Of a DNA stretch of 64,000 nucleotides, positions 1 through 11,698 are shown piece by piece. The notes below the pieces were generated by a model. It was given only the letters and a program-made list of their open reading frames with translations. It did no database searches and was not told the DNA's origin. Position numbers and translations under genes: made by a program. The stretch covers positions 711,395 through 775,394 of the forward strand of contig NMRA01000140.1 of NCBI GenBank assembly GCA_002633005.1, written 5' to 3'. Source of the stretch: Phoronis australis (lineage: Eukaryota > Animalia > Phoronida). How positions within the stretch are numbered: position 1 is the first letter of the stretch; every line of letters begins with the position of its first letter.

Positions 1-259
1 TTTGTCAGTTAGTTGACCCTGTTGACCGCAATTGTCCACGAATATAGTAACCTTAGGTCTTTTGGGAATTTGTGGCCACCTGTCGAAGACTTGCACCAGG
101 GAAATTAGCAGTAATAAGGCTTAGCGCGACGACGTTTTTTGATAAAAATTCCATCTTTTACCATTTGCTTACATGCAGACAGCCACGCATGCGCAATTCA
201 ATCACCACTAGTACAGCAGCGACACAGCGAGGAGAATTCTCCGAATAGCCCCATTACGA

Positions 260-690
260 GTTTCTGAATGATTTACTGAAGCTTCGATTGAAATTTACAT
301 GTTGCCGTCAGCTTCGGTTTCTTCATCGTCGTCTACCGTTTTCTTTGAAAAAATGTAATTTTCTTCATTGCACAGAGCAGCAGACGACCGAAGCGTACAA
401 GAAGTGGTAGTGCGCAGCGCCACTGCCGGTCGCCTGGGACATCACGCCCATAGCTATAGCTACCGTTACGATTGCACCGGTTGTCTGAATCGGACACTTG
501 AAATTGGGTCTGAGCCCTCCCCCACCCTCCCCCACACGCACACACAACTAATACTCCACACATTGTGTCAAATCTTGTTTCGGTTCTAATGTTAATAACC
601 AGGGTTAATTAAAAAGCTCAATATTTCCTCACGCTTTGCTGTTTTATTTTTTTTCGGCCGCCAGGGGGAAGGGTCCCTGACCCCCAATGG
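260..690 (-). mobile_element. Partial copy of the hAT-like MITE family also at 32058-33074 and 52045-52880
   Basis: Reverse complement matches the other copies (e.g. CCCAGGCGACCGGCAGTGGCG, AATTTCAAGTGTC, TGTGCAATGAAGAAAAT). Confidence 0.7.
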
Positions 691-1999
691 TTGGAATGTT
701 TTTGTAGTTAAAGCAGGCTCAAGAAAAGTTGTAAAAAATGAATTGGTCCCTTGAGTGGTCAGCACAACATTTCAAGTTTGTTTGTATTTTCACTGACTGG
801 CTCCAGTTTTGGCGGGAAGACTGGGCAGTCACTGGTCATGACAATGGTTTGCAGCGGCATACGTTACTAGTTTAGGAGATATGGCGAGTGTCGCTACCAG
901 CTGGCAAGTATTACAACTAACCCGCTTCGGCTCACCTGATTAGGAACGAAATATACCTTCAACGTTGAAAACTACAACTCTTCTCTGGAGGAATTAATCG
1001 GGCATTACTGAAACCGTCCATTTCAAGACTTTTGTTTTCTGACTAGTGTTGTTTTTTTCTAAAATCATGCCCTCTCGCCGCAGGACAAAAAATCATACGG
1101 AGTTAATCAAATTCTAATGAAGTTCCCATCGAAGTCGGCCGTGCATTCATAAAATATGTCAACTTTCTCAAGTTCGTCGAAACTATTAGAGTGAAGAGGA
1201 GACGGGAAACTTAATTATTTTGAGTAGTTTTATGTAACGACATGCGAAGTAGTAACACCAGACAAGTACTTTATTAAGTAACAAATATAGAGTTAAGCTA
1301 AGAAACTATAGATGCCAGTGGACGTCAGACACACTCTAACGATTGCGTATGACCGGGAAACAACTGTGACGCCTAGTGGCATTACTCATCACTACAGTTT
1401 AGATGTCCTAATGTTTCTTCTGAAGACCGTGTTATCAAAAGTTACATTCTTGATAAAGATAATTGCATCAATGTTATGTCAAATTACAAATTCCAAGACA
1501 ATGCTGCTGACGTTTCGCCTGATGAATGACACGTCATGTCAATGTGAATAGGCTGGAGGATGGTGCAAATAAAGCAATTGAGTTTAGAAATTTTAGTATG
1601 TCACCACCCCAAACCCATGAGCTTTCAGGAAGTCAACAAACACACAGACCTAAGACTGAAGACATGAAGGAGTGCAAAATGAATTATGAGCGGAGCTGCT
1701 AAATTATTTAAATAGAGATCAAACGACTGATGATTTCAAAGAGAATTTCAGAGATCGGTTTGCGTTTTTCTTTTCATTGGAAAGCTTTGACCTGCTAAGA
1801 AAGCTGGGCTGCCGTGGTTTGACATACAAATGCAGTTTAAACCGTATTCACAGCTAAAACCAAAATACTCTCAGTGCCGGCCTTCTCTTTTAGCTGTGAG
1901 TACGGTTTAAAATGAAGTTAGAACTCTCATCTAGGCTTAACAATACACAAATCACAAGACGATGGAAAACAGAATCCATATCAGAACATTTTTTTACAG

Positions 2000-2206
2000 G
2001 ATCCTTGCTGACGATCGTCGTATTTTCGGAAGCCATCGCAACGCTACCTTTTCCTCCCTTTTGGTCGGTCCTTTTCTTTCTCATGCTGGTTTGTGCAGGC
2101 CTGAACAACACGCTGATCCAGCTCGAAGTACTTGTTGCGTCTTTCGTACAACTATTTCATCCGACGGTCAATTTGCGTCGACAGTATGTTCTTCTGGGAC
2201 TAGTAG
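2000..2206 (+). CDS. SLC6 / sodium:neurotransmitter symporter family, internal exon (EL4-TM8-start of TM9)
   Basis: ttttttacag| acceptor and |gtagat donor, phase 1-1. GSLLTIVVFSEAIATLPFPPFWSVLFFLMLVCAGLNN matches the SLC6 motif GPGLxFxxYPEAxxxLPxxPxWSxLFFxMLxxLGLDS. Confidence 0.9.
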
Positions 2207-2335
2207 GTAGATGAATGAATTATAAACAGACTGCTCTGAAAGGTACACGAATCTTTCAGTTCGTGCATCTTGAAGGCACACACAACGCGCCTTTCGGAAT
2301 GTCTTGTTGTCGATTTATGACAAGTGCTGCTTGCA

Positions 2336-2815
2336 AAGGTGAGTTAACACCAAAAGCGGGAATCGCGAGGATTTTGTGCGGTTTTGTGAGCTACTTTCGT
2401 TCATACTAAAAGCGCAGGAAAACAGAGCATACATGTTTAGATGGTGTAGTGCCATTGCAAAAAGTAATTATATCTTCTACTGACATGATGTGGTTTGCTT
2501 ATAGAAGTTTACCACTACTCACGACATTGAGCACAAGTGCACTGAAACTTGTGTTGAACATTATCATTTCACTAGGAGAGCCTGCAAATGAGCCAGAATC
2601 AATTTGGCCTTTGACCTCCGCCTGTGATTGGCTGATAAAATTAGCCGCTCTAATCTTTTTAAAAACACTGAAGAAACCACGTGTAAGCAAACCGCTCGAT
2701 CAACCCACCCCCTCGTTTGCCACTTTTGGTATAAACCCTCTCAAATAAAGTTATCTAAAGAGGTCTCCGCAGGGGCATTCCTTGCGGATACCCGCTTTCG
2801 GTATAACCTCGCCTT
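2336..2815. mobile_element. MITE in the SLC6 intron
   Basis: About 37-bp imperfect TIRs: AAGGTGAGTTAACACCAAAAGCGGGAATCGCGAGGA vs reverse complement AAGGCGAGGTTATACCGAAAGCGGGTATCCGCAAGGA. No clear TSD. Confidence 0.6.
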
Positions 2816-3036
2816 CAGCCGCTGTCATCGTTCGTACGAAAAATCATACTAATCCCATGATTTTGTCTTCTCGTTTAACTATTTTGAAATCATAATATCA
2901 ATCTTACCTGCATTGAAACCTAGTTCTTTTGGACTCGCAGTGACTCTCCTTGATGACTAATATAAGCCACCGGCAAAGCGTACTTGTTCTAGCAAGCGTA
3001 TTTCTTTCAATCACGTTTTGCTTTCGTATGTTCCAG

Positions 3037-3761
3037 GTTTGATGTTTGTCTTCGGTCTCGTAATCTGTTCCCATGACGCAGCCTACGTTTTCCCATGGTT
3101 TGACCAGTACATACTAGCACAGAACATGCTTTCTTTATCCCTGGTAGAGTGCGTGGCCGTCGTCTGGGTTTACGGACATGACCGGCTAATGGACGACTTG
3201 GCAACCATGCTCGGCAGCGAGTCTTGGCATTCAGTCCTAGTACTCAAAATGAGTGTCCTGTGGCAAGTGCTCTGGTTCGTCTTTGCCCCGATTCTACTCA
3301 GCGGAAACCTGGTTTTCTCGCTAATGTCTTTAGAGACTTTTAGAACATCAGTCAACTCCAAAATGTACGACTATCCCGTGTGGAGTCACACTTTGGGAGT
3401 GACAGTCTTCGCGTGCGTCTCTTTTATAATATTCGCGCCTGGCATTGTAAAGTTATGGAGAGGGCGCGAGGGATCTGTTCGCCAAATTTTCACAAGGCTA
3501 TTTAAACCGGATATCTACTGGGGACCGCGAAGCTGTTCGCACCGACTGTTGGTAAGCAGGTACGTCAAGGGATACATTGTTGATCCGTGGTTTTATGAGG
3601 AAATGATGAGTCACTCTAAAAAGGCTCTTTGCCCATTTGCTCTAAATTCACTGTCTACAACGATGAACAGCATGTCAGCCATTAACAAAGTTCGCCAGTC
3701 CGACCTTAACCCCATTCGAGAAGTAGACGAACCGCCCAAAAGAGAAGAGACGCCCGTCTGA
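3037..3761 (+). CDS. SLC6 family transporter, terminal coding exon (TM9-TM12 and C-tail)
   Basis: ttccag| acceptor in phase 1, matching the donor at 2206. SLC6 motifs FDQY, ECVAVVWVYG, YDYPVWS and WGPR. Stop at 3759-3761, AATAAA near 3826. Upstream exons were not found in the window. Confidence 0.9.
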
Positions 3762-4959
3762 ATGAAAACACACTACGTTGATGATTGCGATGGCTACGTA
3801 AATAATATTTATTTGGTCAATGTCAAATAAAAGATTTTTGGTACGCGTCCAGGCTCGTAGGAAAGCAAACAACGTGGGTGGAGCGAGGTGGGGGCAATAA
3901 ACTAATTTGGCTCTTGCACCGCGTGGTCTCAGAGATCAGGCATACCTTCTTGATTTCCTGGGAGAAAAGTTAGAGCTCGCACGATTTCGCGAAACAACTC
4001 AATGTGCTGCAAGCGAAGCACATGTTCATACCAGCTTCCTTTACTTAGCGACGATTCTTGCGTCCATATTGCCACTACTTCCGCCCCCTGTCGTCATCTT
4101 GCATTCCCGCCATGGGTGCGATGACTTTGCTGTTGGAGAGGGGGGATAAACTCCGGTGAGACAGCCACCAGAAACTTGGGTGCCATGTTTCAATAATCGC
4201 AAGAAAGGGTTACTGTTAGACGAGAACGAATGCAGGCTTTACGCTTTGGAGTTCGGGACGGAGGCGGGGGCCTTGTCAGATAGCAGCAGTAGACCAGGCC
4301 TAGACTAGTACAAAAGCAGAGATTAGATAGACGGTTCTGATCAATTCGAGCTCATTATTGGCCATATATCTGGTAACTTAGCAACGAAAGCTGATTCTCC
4401 TAACAACGGCCCAGATTAGACCCTCATCACACTAATTATTTTTTTAACGCAGCGTAACAACAACACATTTATAATCTTACTGTCCGCATAGTTGTACATT
4501 TGCATGTGAAGAAGCCGAACAAATCCTTGAGGCATGTGTTGTATTGTGGGTAAATGACTCAGAATGAGAATGATGCTTATGCCTAGCATCGTTCCAGTTT
4601 CCATGATCAGAATTTTGAACCGAGCTGCTTTAATCGACAGCTGTGTGGGCTCACAGACAATAAAGCTTTGCATTGTGGGGCATCTTTGACGGAAGATTTG
4701 ATTTGATTTTTGTGCTGCACAAATAAATGACAATACATTAAATACAAATATTCAGCCCAGAAAGCGAGCCATTGTATCTGGGCTTTTAAGCAAAACACAA
4801 TATTGATGAAGTATACCTAAAGTAAAGAAAACAAAGACAAGAATAAAATCATACGGTAACGGAAGGAATAAAACCAAACAAAAAGTTCAGCGTAGATGTT
4901 AATGCAGTTCGCTATTATAACAATAAAAAATAAAATCACTAAGATTTCTAAGTAATAGA

Positions 4960-7760
4960 ACATTACAGTCGTGATTTAAAACGTGGCAACGATTTAACAG
5001 AAAACTATTTTTTCATGCCTATTACTAAGATTTTGAAAATGTAACCAGATATGATCGTTGGGTTGAAAGTTGCGAACGAACTGTTCACGCTCAGCCGTTG
5101 TTAACGGGGATGAGAGCAAGTAATAAGGATCACTTATTGGAAAAATTGGCAAAGTCATGATAGAATTTTTGTGAATTGAGGTACAGCCCAGGTTTCAATT
5201 CGTTAACGAGGATTTCTTTTTCACGCAATAAACATAAATTAATGGAAGGAAAAGGTGTGAAAATATCACCTTTAAGAAATGATTGAACACAGTTTTTTAA
5301 GCTTGACATTGATTAGACCACTTTAAGTTCCGGATATTGACGTGGAATTATATATTCCCTAGTAGTAGTTTTGCGATGTATATTGATAGAATGCGTATCT
5401 CGTTCATACCCATAATAGCTAAATTTGATGTATTATTACTTTGTTGGATAACTTTATATCAATAGATTATTAAGTGTTGTTTCCGTAGCAGACAGAGAGA
5501 GTCCGGTGGAGAGAACCAATGACTTAAATTGTACTTAGAACCCTTGACTGCCCCTGCCACAGAAAGAGCAACTTGGTGTTGAAGTGTGTTGAGCTTACGA
5601 AGTGTGGTCAAATTAGCGTTATTATAAATAATGTCTGCATAGTTAAAATGAGGAAGAACGAAAGAGTTATAAATCAACTCTAAGAAAGATATTTCGAAAG
5701 ATTTCTGAATGGGTTGAGAAGTTTTTGAATTATTTTAATTAGATGAATGCAATGTTGATTCGTATTTGAGGATCAAGCAGAACACACTTCGAGTAGTAAC
5801 AGAGTCATTCAAATACAGTCGTGGGAGTCTGTCGATGACACTTTGAACTCCATACGTTATTTTGTTGCCCACTCAAACAGTAAGTCAAGGTCCCTTTGTA
5901 AGACTTACATCTTCGGGTTTTGCTTTTGAATAAGTAAAAACTAGATGTGTAGCCAGCATAAAAAACGTCTTAGATTCTTTGAGAGGGAATAGAGTAGAGT
6001 AATGGGGCGATAATTGGACACTTCAGTTGTTGAATCTTTTTTATGCACAGGTAGCATCAATTTATTTTCCACCTTGATTGGAAAGTACCTGACTGGAAAA
6101 TCTTATTGAAAAATGAGGTAACTGGGACAGCTAGAGAATTTGAACATGACACTCTTTATATCTGTTGAAAAGTCACTCTTTGACGTATCGATATTTTCAG
6201 GAAGTCTTTTGATCTCATCCGCAGTGACTTGAATTGAATTTACTGGCATGTGACCCCTACATGTGTATTTTCCATATTTAGGAATGTCACTGGGCAAAGT
6301 TGCCTCAATCTGACTGTTATTCGTGAAATAATGTAAAAATTAACTTGCTTTATCTCATTTTGAAAAGGCATAATCGCTAGTTTTAACGTGTTTAAGACAA
6401 GGAAATATATCTTGAATGAATTGACTAAGAATATTGTTAATGAGTTTCCAATATTCCTTACGAATTCTTTCCTTTGTTACTGGCAGCTTGATTTAGGGTT
6501 TTGCGACGATCAGCTTTCGACCTTGAAATAAGATTCTCGATTAAAACAGATTGTTTTTATATCTTCGATAAAAGACGAGGTTATTTGAATTTTTAAACGC
6601 TCTAAACAGTCGACGCTTCTTTTTTAATTCACTTTTTATATTATTATTACTAAACCAAGGTTTACTTTTTTAGTTTATTAATTTTACTTTGTAAGAGATA
6701 ACACTGTTTATAATGCTAAATACAGTTGAAATAAACAAATCCTCAACGCAGTCAATGTCACCGTAATCGAATATTGCATCCCAACTAACCTTAGCTAAAT
6801 CAGAAATAATCTTTTTCAAGGTCAGCACGATCATTTTTCTACACGGTTTTGTAAATTTTATGTTCATCGGTACCGAAGGCGGTATCACTCAAACTAGTAT
6901 GTGTAGAAATCATGAGTTACCAATAGGCGGCACAACTTCAGTGTAAAGAATAGAACTAAAATTACATGTAATAGAGACTTACTAGAAGCAGTCATTCGGG
7001 TAGGTTGGTCAAATAGCTGGATTAGTTGATTGGATAATAAAACATCAAAAAGCTTAGTACCCGCTTGATTGTCAATGTCCCCAATAAACCAAGATCAGTT
7101 GTGGGCGTTAAAGTTACCATTTATCAAAATGGGAACATTATAATTATGCAAAATGTTACTAGAAAATTTATGGGATAAATGAGTCATATACTGTTTCGGC
7201 TTTCATCAGAGGTCAGTGACCTATAGAAAATACCTTACAAGAATTATATAATTTATGATTGATTTTATCATAAAATATTTCAAAACCAATAGAATTGTGT
7301 ATATAAACAAGGTCTCGGCCTTCAGTTGTGTGACACGCAATAGAGTCATCAGGAATTCCGCAATCAGATTTAATTTAATGAGGCAGCACGTAGCCTGCTT
7401 CACAAGAGGCGACTATTTTAAAATTATTACAATTATGGACAAAAATTTTCAGGATATCAAATTGTGTACAGTTATTAGACTTCATATTGTTTATGTTAGT
7501 GATTATAAGCTTTTGAGCACACAATTGGTTTGCTAAGGGACCAGGATTCGATTCAACATCCCTACAGCACAGAGTATCAAATCTTCGCAATGCGAAGCAG
7601 AGGTAAAAATAGACATCAATCCCCTGGGCACAAAATACGACCCCAGCTCTTTCGCAATCAAATTCGCAAATTCAGATATTGCAAGACTGTAAGTACAATA
7701 CCATGGCGAGCACCTACAGGTATAACAAGTAACAAAACACGAAAGTGGTGTTGCCACTGA
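4960..7760 (-). mobile_element. Decayed CR1/L2-type non-LTR retrotransposon (2A-like peptide, APE endonuclease, RT remnants)
   Basis: Minus-strand remnants in order: DVESNPGP (7560-7537), GNFNAHN (GDFN-like APE motif, near 7100), QPTR..PPIGNS, KPW, VTADEIKRL..IDTSKS, and IYNSFVLPHFNYADIIY (RT thumb). Many stops and frameshifts. Boundaries approximate. Confidence 0.8.
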
Positions 7761-7957
7761 CATGAGACTAACTGATGGGTATAACGTAGAATAATAATTA
7801 AAGAGAATGAAACAAATTAAATACACAGCACGACAAGGAAGGTGGCGCAAAAGAGGGAACACATGCACTAAGTACGGCTTCCAATCAGAACCAAAATGCA
7901 GTGAAGACTACTAGGCAATGTGAACCTCGGAACATGCAGGTCCTGCTTAGATTTTAT

Positions 7958-8640
7958 CAGCCGATTTCATAAAGGTGGTTTAAAGTTAAACCTGGTTTAA
8001 ACTGGACTTAGATCAGATTTAAAGATAGTCTGCATTTTATAAAGGTGGTTTAACTTTTAGACCAGTGGTCTAGTTAAACCTGGTTTAACTCCAGTTTTGA
8101 CCTGGTCTAAGTCACTTTTCATTTCACCAACGAGGTCTATATTCTTTAGACCTGTATTAAGATCTTAAACCATGTTCAACTTAAGACTTGGTCAGACCCA
8201 GGTTTAACTGTTAAATATGTCAGACTTGCATGGTATATGTACAACTGAATGATATGCCGCGGAGTGCATTTGCGACACAGATTGAGAGCGAAAATGGACA
8301 TTTTTCAATATCCAGTTTTACTACGACACAAGGTCAATCGTAGCAGGGGCGGATCTAGGGTTTCTTAAAGGGGGAGGGCGGTCAAGAACTTTTTGAAAGG
8401 GGGGGCAAGTCAACAATTTGAAAATTATACTAGATTTGATATCACTACAATCAAGGGAAAAAAGGGGACTCCGGACCCCTTGACCCCCGTGGATCCGCGT
8501 ATGCGTAGACCAGTACTTGCTGGAGTGTGTCCTGCGGATTTCTCAGAATACGACTGGTCGAGCAAGGCGTCATCGTCGCAAGCGCTACGGATTTGACTAA
8601 AGACAGCGTCTTCTGATTCTTCTGATTTCCACCTTCACTG
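7958..8640 (-). mobile_element. Inverted, diverged partial copy of TIR element family A (Harbinger-like)
   Basis: Starts CAGCCGATTTCATAAAGGTGGTTTAAAG. It is the reverse complement of about 12060-13136 without the nested MITE. Confidence 0.8.
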
Positions 8641-9744
8641 TTCTCCGATATAATATTGCCAGGAAGGGTATTGCCCCCCCCCCTTTGACCGCGGAAGATA
8701 AACACTAAAATGACAAGGAAATAAATTTGGGCATTTAACATGTTACATCTAATCGGGATCTTGTTCTTTAATGTGTGTGTGTTGGTCACAGAAATTACAG
8801 TTTTCCTCATGAGAAAAGCTTTTAGATGTTTTTCGTAAATGTCGGCACTGATTCTGCTAGTGTATGCCATTGTATACCAAGGTTTTATTGAAGCACTTCA
8901 ATAGTTTCTTAAACGACGCATTCTCCTTACTGGCACACCTCTTACGGCTTGAATCAGTATCCATTGTCCTTTAAATTATGAAACTTGGCGGAAAAATACG
9001 GGAGAATATTCACATGTCAACCGACGGGAAACAGCGCCCTCTGCCTGTTGCTTTGATCCACAGGCTGCACCTCAACAAACTGCGCGTGGCACTAACATTC
9101 TTTCCAAAAGTGACCTTTTTTCACTAGAAAACCACAACAAAATATTTACGAGCTTATTTGAAACCTCGCAAATTTTGTTGCATTCAAAGTCCAACGTTTT
9201 TAATATAGCATTTTTTGTGAAATGTGGTTAGGTGTAGTCTTAACAAAAATTGGCTAACTGGCCTTTAAATGCTCTTGCCAAGGTTTAATATCCAGGCTGC
9301 GGGTACGCAATCTCGTCAGCCGTTCGAGTTGTTGTTCAAGGTATTTATATCCGGCTTGCTCTTTTGTGTTCCGCTCATTGTTATTTGATGCTTTGTATAA
9401 CAGCCGATGTATGAAATCAGATAAGCAATTCGAGGCGTGGCTTCACATGGAGACACCTAATTGACTGACATTTATCCAAGCGTGCATATGACATATTCCC
9501 TGAAACATCTACATCTCTGTGAATCGGTCGAAAAGGTGCCACCGCGGTGACCCCGGCGGTGAATGTACTGAAGTTAAGCACAGATCTGTGTTTACTTCGA
9601 TTTATTTGCTTTGAAGGGAGTTCACACGTACAGCGTTAAAAGCGTTTAACTTTATCGTGAAGCGTATTATTTTATTACCATTGCCGTAGGATATTTAAAC
9701 ACCGGCAAAACTTGGCCCATGGCCTAGAAGTCCCCACTGAATCA

Positions 9745-10115
9745 GCACCTTTCACCTACCTCGCATATTTTGTTCTGAAGCGTTTTGGGTACAATTTGCA
9801 AAAATATCGGCATTCTAGTAACGTTGTTGAGTCCTTGTGTTATTCCATTTTTCATACGTTTGAATTGCATGGAATAGAAATTTGAAAAAGATTCACGTGT
9901 TTTCATAAATTTCATACTCAAACGACTAAGAAATGAAACACCTCCTGGGAATACCTTCAACTTCCCAGTTCTGTTACTATCAATTACAAAGAATGCAAAC
10001 GTCAGCGAATGTTCTAATTTCTATTCCATACAATTCAAAAAAAAGAAAAATGGTAAAACACAAAAGAATACCAATATTTTTACAAATGATACCCCAAACT
10101 TTTCTTAAATGGTGT
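9745..10115. repeat. Degenerate long inverted repeat (old MITE or foldback)
   Basis: TTTGGGTACAATTTGCAAAAATATCGGCATTCT...TTTGAATTGCATGGAATAGAAATT is mirrored by AATTTCTATTCCATACAATTCAAA...AGAATACCAATATTTTTACAAATGATACCCCAAA. Confidence 0.6.
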
Positions 10116-10318
10116 TAAATGGCTCCATTTCAGAGATGCATAGACAATCTACGGGACAGCGTAGACACAATCAGCCGATTTCATAAAGGCCGGTGGTTTA
10201 ACCAACCTTAAGACTTAAACCTGGTCTTTCTAAACCTGGTATAATTTTAGACCTAACTGGCATTTCACCAACGTGGTTTAAAAGTCTGAAAATCTAGTTT
10301 TGTTAGACCAGGGAGCAG

Positions 10319-11610
10319 GGCCCGGTCTCCAATCTCCGTACTCAGACTCATACTCATACTCGAGATTTCATACTCAAAATCGTGCTCACTGGAGTCGTAC
10401 TCAAAAAAGTGTATCTTATGTCGTATTTCGAGTAGACTCCAAACGTACTCAAATCTGACACTCATACTCGAGTTGCTATGGAACTCTTTTTGATGTGAAA
10501 TGCAAAATCACGCAAAGCCGCACTGATTCATCGCTCCCTATTGGAATAGACCACCCCAGGAACTAGGCCTACATTATCGTCTGCTGTCCCTACAACTACA
10601 AGAGTATGTCTATAAACGTGGAATTCTGAGTGTTCTGTAACTGTTATTCATTTTTTAGTTTCAATAAATATTCTTATGCCATTTCTTTGATACATTGGCA
10701 ATAATTAAGCTTTACTTCTTGAGTTCCTCACCCAGTCCCAAAAATGTCTTAAGAAATTTGTAACAGCTTATCACATCACATCTCTATTGCTAATTTAGTC
10801 TTGACATAAAACCCATTGCTGTGTAGGCCAACGCTGATGTCAAACTTTGATACTGTATCTTTGTATTTTACCGGGATGTATCAAGTGAGTTGACATTTGG
10901 CACGTGAGTTAAAAAACAATACTTGTGCAGGCATTCAGAGTTCACCATTGGCAGTGAAGGGGACGAGACGTCTACTTAGAAATCGGCAAACAAAATCTGG
11001 AATTTCATTTGGGGATTGCGGAATTATAGATGACTAAGTTATGATGAGAAATGTATATACCTGACAGGGAAGCGAAATTTTTTAACTTCCCTCCCCTCTT
11101 CGTCTTTTGGAAACCCTACAAAACGTAGGCACACATACCGAAATATCGACAGCACAAACTTCTCACACGACTTTTCCCACTACTGCTTTCGACACTTGTT
11201 ATGACTCGCCGACAAGGGATTACAATGCGCCTGTTGCCAAGAATTGTAGAGGTAGAATGGCGGACATAACATACAGTGATACGGCGGGTTAATAAGGTGA
11301 AGAATAAGAAGATTTAAGATGAAAACTATTATCTCTGAAATGAAATTGAAGTGCTGAGATACGGTAAGAGGACTTATTTTTTAGATTTACTGTGTTTCTT
11401 GGTTCCCTTTCGATATTTTGTTCTCTGGCTCGTATTTATTTTCGAGTACGATTTCAAGCACACTGCCATACCAAACCTGAAATTTGAGCATAGACTCCGA
11501 ATGTTTACTCAAAATCGTACTCGAAATATAGATGAGAAACACTTCAGTTCGCGTACACTCGAAAAATGAGTACGTGCTCGAAATTTCGAGTACAGATTTT
11601 TCGAGTATGA
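10319..11610. mobile_element. Family B MITE, long copy with truncated right end, nested in family A
   Basis: Left TIR GGCCCGGTCTCCAATCT follows CAG. TACTCGA/TCGAGTA subterminal repeats occur at both ends. The right TIR is missing. Confidence 0.6.
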
Positions 11611-11698
11611 TGAATCAAGTCAACGAAAGCAGCAGGCTTGCAGAGATATTGCTCTAGAATAAAGGCCAGAAAGAAAATGTCATCAGTGAAAAATTTGC

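Noticed and set aside
8451-8870. 139-aa ORF as a Harbinger transposase remnant
   Set aside because: No DDE or Myb/SANT motifs are recognisable.
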